Part shown: in pieces, positions 59,683-64,000 of the stretch
How positions within the stretch are numbered: the first letter of the stretch is position 1
Layout: each line of letters begins with the position of its first letter
DNA from: Candidatus Heimdallarchaeota archaeon
Lineage (GTDB): Archaea; Asgardarchaeota; Heimdallarchaeia; JABLTI01
Length of the DNA: 64,000 nucleotides
Direction: 5' to 3'
NCBI GenBank assembly: GCA_019058275.1
Contig: JAHLVW010000074.1
Span: 34,780-98,779 of the forward strand
Translations under genes and position numbers: made by a program
Notes under the pieces: model-generated
What the model was told of the DNA's origin: nothing
What the model saw: the letters and a program-made list of their open reading frames with translations, nothing else
The model's database searches: none

Positions 59683-61572
59683 GTGGGAATATTGTTTAGA
59701 AAAAAACAGATGAAAACTAAGAAAACTGAAATAATTTTCTGGGGTGTTTTCTATCTTAATCTAATAGCAATACGAGAAACAGACCAATTTAAAAGAGACA
59801 TAACTAGGATCGTTAAATCAATTAGACCTGTAAGCTACGAATTTGAAGAACTTACAGCATTTATCATTATAAGAACACACATTAATTTGCAACAGAGCAT
59901 AGAAAAATTACGAATTGATGAAATTAACACAAATAAAAATTCAGCAAATGAGATATTTAATTTTATAAAAGATAATTTAGAAGAAGCATATCATAAATAT
60001 TTGAAATCCTTAACAGAGCGATTTCTAAAAGATATAAATAAGAATAGAGAACTGAAAGAAGCAACTAGTATAATAATTAGAAAACTAGCATTGACTGAAG
60101 ACGATAAAGAAGAATTCACGAAAAGCATTTACCAGTTAATTGAGGAAAAAACAGAAAATTATTTGGAAATTATACAGAATTCAGTTATTTACATTAACAA
60201 TACTTTAACAGAAAATCACTATTTAATCGAATTGAGTGGAGAAAGAATAGAGATAAAGTCCGATGAATCCTTTATTCATATCTTAGATGAGTTAATTTTG
60301 TTTAATTTTGCAAGCAACTATACAGATACAACGAAAGAAATTCTGAACCAATTTAATGTTTATATTAAAAACATAAACTCGCATTTAAGAAAAGTTAAAG
60401 AAAAATCAAAAGAGCTTGAAGAATTGCTTGATCTTTTAAAAGGTAAATCATTCGAAGTTATTGACAATATCTTTGATATACGAAGGCAAATAGCAAGACA
60501 AGTTAGAGCGGATGATGAGATTACAAGAGAAATTGGCAAAACCAATATCGAGGAATTTATGAATCTAATTACAAAATTCTCATCAAAGAAAAATTTTCAG
60601 GAAATAGTCAAAAATACCAATGAAATAAATCAGAAACTGAATAAGTGGTTTGAACATATAAGAAAAATTGAGTTGATTAAAGACATCACACTGGAGATAG
60701 AAATCACAACAAAATTCAACGAAGATATTTGTAATTTATTTACTTATATGGAGTTACTGCGAATGTGGAGTGAGTTCTTCTATGATATATCATATTTTAC
60801 AATGCGAAAGGGCCGGGTTCTTGATTCAACTGATGAGGAAGTAAAAAGCACCATTGAAACAGATGCAGTATTAGTCGTAGAGGATGTTTATAAAACATAC
60901 AAATTACCTAAATCACGTGTTTATGCATTACGAGGTGTCAGTTTTAAGATAAAGAAGGGTGAAGTTCTTGCTATAATGGGTCCTTCAGGAGCAGGAAAAA
61001 CGACTTTAGTAAATATACTAACAGGATTGGATTCCCCTGATAAAGGAGCAGTTTATTTAAACGGTAAGAATATTGCTTTAATGGATGACACAGAATTAAC
61101 TGAATTTAGAAGAGACCAAATTGGTCTCGTGTTTCAATTCTATCAGCTTTTTGCGGAATTAACAGCGTTAGAAAACGTTTCAATGCCTCCTGAAATGGCG
61201 AATGTACCAGTTAAGGAAGCAAGGATTAGAGCACAAGAAATACTAGAAGTTGTTGATCTAGGTTCGTTTGCAAATCAGTATCCAGATAAGCTTTCAGGAG
61301 GTCAACAACAAAGAGTTGCTATTGCAAGAGCTTTAGTTAATGAACCCAGTATTGTAGTTGCTGATCAACTTACGGGAGACTTGGATTCTGTTACAGGAAT
61401 GCAAATTATCGGCTATCTTCGGAAAATTAATACTGAAAAAGGAGTTACCATTTTACTAGTGACACATAATAAAGCAGTAGCAACACAAGCAGATAGAATT
61501 ATTACAATTGAAGATGGAGAGCTACTTGAAGAAATAGATATGACCGCAATTCGGAATGCAGATCAGATATAA
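59683..61572 (+). CDS. LolD-like ABC ATPase with about 390-aa helical N-terminal extension and Walker B E-to-Q substitution
   Basis: GPSGAGKTT, VFQF, LSGGQQQRVAIARAL, VVADQLTGDLD, VTH. Start uncertain. Confidence 0.8.
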   Translation: MGILFRKKQMKTKKTEIIFWGVFYLNLIAIRETDQFKRDITRIVKSIRPVSYEFEELTAFIIIRTHINLQQSIEKLRIDEINTNKNSANEIFNFIKDNLEEAYHKYLKSLTERFLKDINKNRELKEATSIIIRKLALTEDDKEEFTKSIYQLIEEKTENYLEIIQNSVIYINNTLTENHYLIELSGERIEIKSDESFIHILDELILFNFASNYTDTTKEILNQFNVYIKNINSHLRKVKEKSKELEELLDLLKGKSFEVIDNIFDIRRQIARQVRADDEITREIGKTNIEEFMNLITKFSSKKNFQEIVKNTNEINQKLNKWFEHIRKIELIKDITLEIEITTKFNEDICNLFTYMELLRMWSEFFYDISYFTMRKGRVLDSTDEEVKSTIETDAVLVVEDVYKTYKLPKSRVYALRGVSFKIKKGEVLAIMGPSGAGKTTLVNILTGLDSPDKGAVYLNGKNIALMDDTELTEFRRDQIGLVFQFYQLFAELTALENVSMPPEMANVPVKEARIRAQEILEVVDLGSFANQYPDKLSGGQQQRVAIARALVNEPSIVVADQLTGDLDSVTGMQIIGYLRKINTEKGVTILLVTHNKAVATQADRIITIEDGELLEEIDMTAIRNADQI

Positions 61573-61677
61573 ATTGACTTTCTGAATCTTTTAGTTAATC
61601 TTTAATAACTTGAATGAAAATAATCTATTAACAACAATTCTAGATTCTTCTCTAGAAGTATAAGGGGAACTCCCTAA

Positions 61678-62250
61678 ATGAGTTGTGAAATGTGTGGTAA
61701 ATTCGCTGGACCTGATTTATCAGAAAGCGATGTTGATGGCGTGAGAATGTTACTTTGTCCCAAATGCTCAAGATTTGGTACAAAGGTTTATAGTAAACCA
61801 ATTCATGTTTATGAAGATGACATAGAAGAGTCAGAGGTTTCGTTTGTTCGAAGTAAACCTGGAGGCCAAGGACCAAGTGTTTCACACGTAAAGGTTCGAA
61901 CAGGAACACAACAAAGACCCCAACCAGTTGCTAAGCGAAGAAGACGTGATGCTTTACATAGTAATGACGTGTTAGTTGATGATTATGGTACAGTAATTAA
62001 AGAAGCTCGTAAAGCTAAAGGTTGGTCATTAGAGGATTTTGCTCAAATGATTAATGAAAAAGCATCTCTAATGCAAAAAATAGAGAAAAGTGAATTTAAT
62101 CCTCCAGAGAGATTAATCACTAAAATTGAAAGAAAATTAGATATTTCACTAAAAGAAGAAGCTGTAGCACCGATTTTCACAGGAACAGCATCGAAAAAAG
62201 AAACGACATTAGGCGACGTTGTTAAATTAAAGAAGAAAAAAAGGTCATAG
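61678..62250 (+). CDS. mbf1: Archaeal multiprotein bridging factor 1
   Basis: CEMCG...CPKCSRFG Zn ribbon, HTH IKEARKAKGWSLEDFA..INEK, TLGD. Confidence 0.9.
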   Translation: MSCEMCGKFAGPDLSESDVDGVRMLLCPKCSRFGTKVYSKPIHVYEDDIEESEVSFVRSKPGGQGPSVSHVKVRTGTQQRPQPVAKRRRRDALHSNDVLVDDYGTVIKEARKAKGWSLEDFAQMINEKASLMQKIEKSEFNPPERLITKIERKLDISLKEEAVAPIFTGTASKKETTLGDVVKLKKKKRS

Positions 62251-62385
62251 AACCTTTCTTTTTCTGTTTAAAATTGAAAGCAAAAAAACTCTTATAATTC
62301 TATTAGAACTATTTTTGTGTTTAATGACTAGATTTAATTAATACTTTGACCTATTGTTATGTAGAAGTAAAAAAGGTAAAGAATT

Positions 62386-62709
62386 ATGGCAGCAGAAGCT
62401 CAATGGTTATTTATAACCGATAAATATTCATTGGTAGAACTTATAGACAGTGCCATAGTTGTTGCAAGATTTAATCAGAACGAATTGATGCGAGAGCTAA
62501 TTGAAGCAAGATGCAAACTACTCAAGACAAAGTCTTATGATGATTTAGCAGTTATATTGGATTTATTATATACAATAAACAAAAAAGTTACAGACAAACA
62601 TCTTGCTGATTTTCTAGCAAAATTAATTGATCAAACTACTAACTATAAGGATGGAAAAATTGAGTTTGATGAAAAAATTAGAGCAATAGAATCAAAAGCA
62701 ATTGATTAG
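62386..62709 (+). CDS. Hypothetical protein
   Basis: 107-aa helical ORF with AAGGT SD. Confidence 0.6.
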   Translation: MAAEAQWLFITDKYSLVELIDSAIVVARFNQNELMRELIEARCKLLKTKSYDDLAVILDLLYTINKKVTDKHLADFLAKLIDQTTNYKDGKIEFDEKIRAIESKAID

Positions 62710-62715
62710 ATATAA

Positions 62716-62961
62716 TTAACCTTCTATTTTATCTAAGATAAATTTCCAATCTTTTTCTTGTAATGTACGTTTACCTTGTAATTCTGTTACTTCTAAAGCC
62801 CATTTACAAACTAGCTCAATTTCAGCATATAACTTCTTTTCAAAATAATCGATTAATTGTTCCTTGATTTCATTAGAAATGTTTAATCCTTCAGTTAATT
62901 GCTTTATAGTATCGAAAGTAGGACCTTTAGCAACATGTTTGTTTTCTATCAAATAATTCAC
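62716..62961 (-). CDS. Atypical histone-fold protein
   Basis: Short helix, NIS loop, long alpha2, then GKRTLQEKD (RKTxxxxD-like). Real start may be the TTG three codons downstream, behind GGTGA. Confidence 0.65.
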   Translation of the reverse strand: MNYLIENKHVAKGPTFDTIKQLTEGLNISNEIKEQLIDYFEKKLYAEIELVCKWALEVTELQGKRTLQEKDWKFILDKIEG

Positions 62962-63062
62962 CTTAAAGGAATATAAAATAATGATAGTATAAACATTTTC
63001 TTATAAATTTACAAAGATAAAAAGAAAAATAAAGTTCCTGTGAAAGGAACTTTTTATACTTA

Positions 63063-64000
63063 TTATTGGGGAGTTTCTTCTACTTCTACCTCTTGTAATG
63101 CTTCTCCTTCTTTGATTAAGGCACCTTTTGGTTTTACAAAACTAATTATGATTAATCCAATGCCCATAATTATACCAGCAACAAGCATAGCATAAGCATA
63201 TGCCTTGTGAGGATAAAATCCATCAGATCTGAAAATTCGTTCAGCAATCCAAGTGAAAAGAAAGAATGTCGCGGTCCATAGTAAAGGTCCGAGTGAAGCA
63301 GAAACCTTACCACTAAGCTTGGAGAATCCAAAGTATTCGCCAAATTTCTCTTTCGGAGCAAGTTCTGTGACCATTGCACGCTGAGCAACCCATGTACCAC
63401 CTAAAGCGGGTCCAGCTATAACGCCCATTACTAGTACCATTATAAAGCTGAAATTAAAACCAACTTCAATAGGAGCAGCATAGAATATCAAAAAGATTCC
63501 GATAATAATAGCAATAGCCCAAAGACCACCAACAACAAAGAAAGCGATCTTACCACCATATTTTGTCGCTAGCATACCTACAAAGTAAGTGAAAATAACT
63601 GCTGAAACTGTTGCGATAATAATAAAGATATAACTGAAACTCGACTCCATAAGCAGACCATCCCTTACTATAAGAAACATTTTTGCAACAATAATATTAG
63701 CAACATCGACAACTAAGAAGTAACCCAAAATAAATTTGAACATCTCTTTATGCTGTCTTATATCCCTAAATGTTTGACCTACTTGTCTAAAGGATTGCTT
63801 TATTATTTGACCAACAGTTGGCCTTATACCTTTCTTCTGTCTTTCATTGACAAAAATGAAAGGAATAGCGCAAGCAGCAAATAGGGCCATAGCAATAACA
63901 AAGATCCAAGGATGCTCCTAATAACCATAATCTCCCTGCTCTAATGGAGTCTCTTAACTAACAGGCGTACCCGAGAATGACTGTACGGCAAGCATTACAC
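63063..64000 (-). CDS. MFS transporter (UMF1/Atg22-like), partial, with in-frame stops near the window end
   Basis: RAMVTELAPKEKFGEYFGFSKLSGKVSASLGP, multiple TMs. TAG at 63918-63920 and TAA at 63954-63956 lie in frame upstream of ATG 63890. Confidence 0.75.

Noticed and set aside
1899-63400. Other short ORFs nested in or antisense to recognised genes
   Set aside because: They overlap well-supported CDSs and have no motifs of their own.
19303-63956. Stop-codon reassignment (TAA/TAG to Gln) to explain stops in the histone, degV and MFS genes
   Set aside because: TAA and TAG terminate many conserved genes at their expected ends (tfb, hypF, cdc6, rad50).

Overview
AT-rich archaeal chromosomal DNA, most likely from an Asgard archaeon (inference from TFB, Cdc6, histones, aMBF1, PAC2, DENN-like and PCI-like proteins and large Ig-like surface proteins). 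The window starts at a probable replication origin: four ORB boxes in two inward-facing pairs, next to oapA/oapB. It carries many replication and repair genes (cdc6, RPA, herA-mre11-rad50, uvrC, nfo), hypF/hypD, cofE, tRNA-Glu(CTC), an unannotated box C/D sRNA, and a Tad-like pilus locus with an embedded TFB paralogue. Three candidate undescribed systems stand out. (1) An ExeA/TnsC-like AAA+ ATPase plus a tailed ribbon-helix-helix protein lie among nine intergenic clusters of 9-bp-phased GTAWTAC heptamers about 15 kb from oriC, resembling a partition or centromere module. (2) Two near-identical 48-aa secreted-peptide genes converge on a large HTH/Lrp-like regulator, resembling a peptide-pheromone cassette. 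(3) A bacterial-type fakA-fakB(degV)-plsY cluster could make acyl-phosphate and ester lipid in an archaeon, although degV has one in-frame stop. All family calls come from motif recognition by eye; no database search was run.
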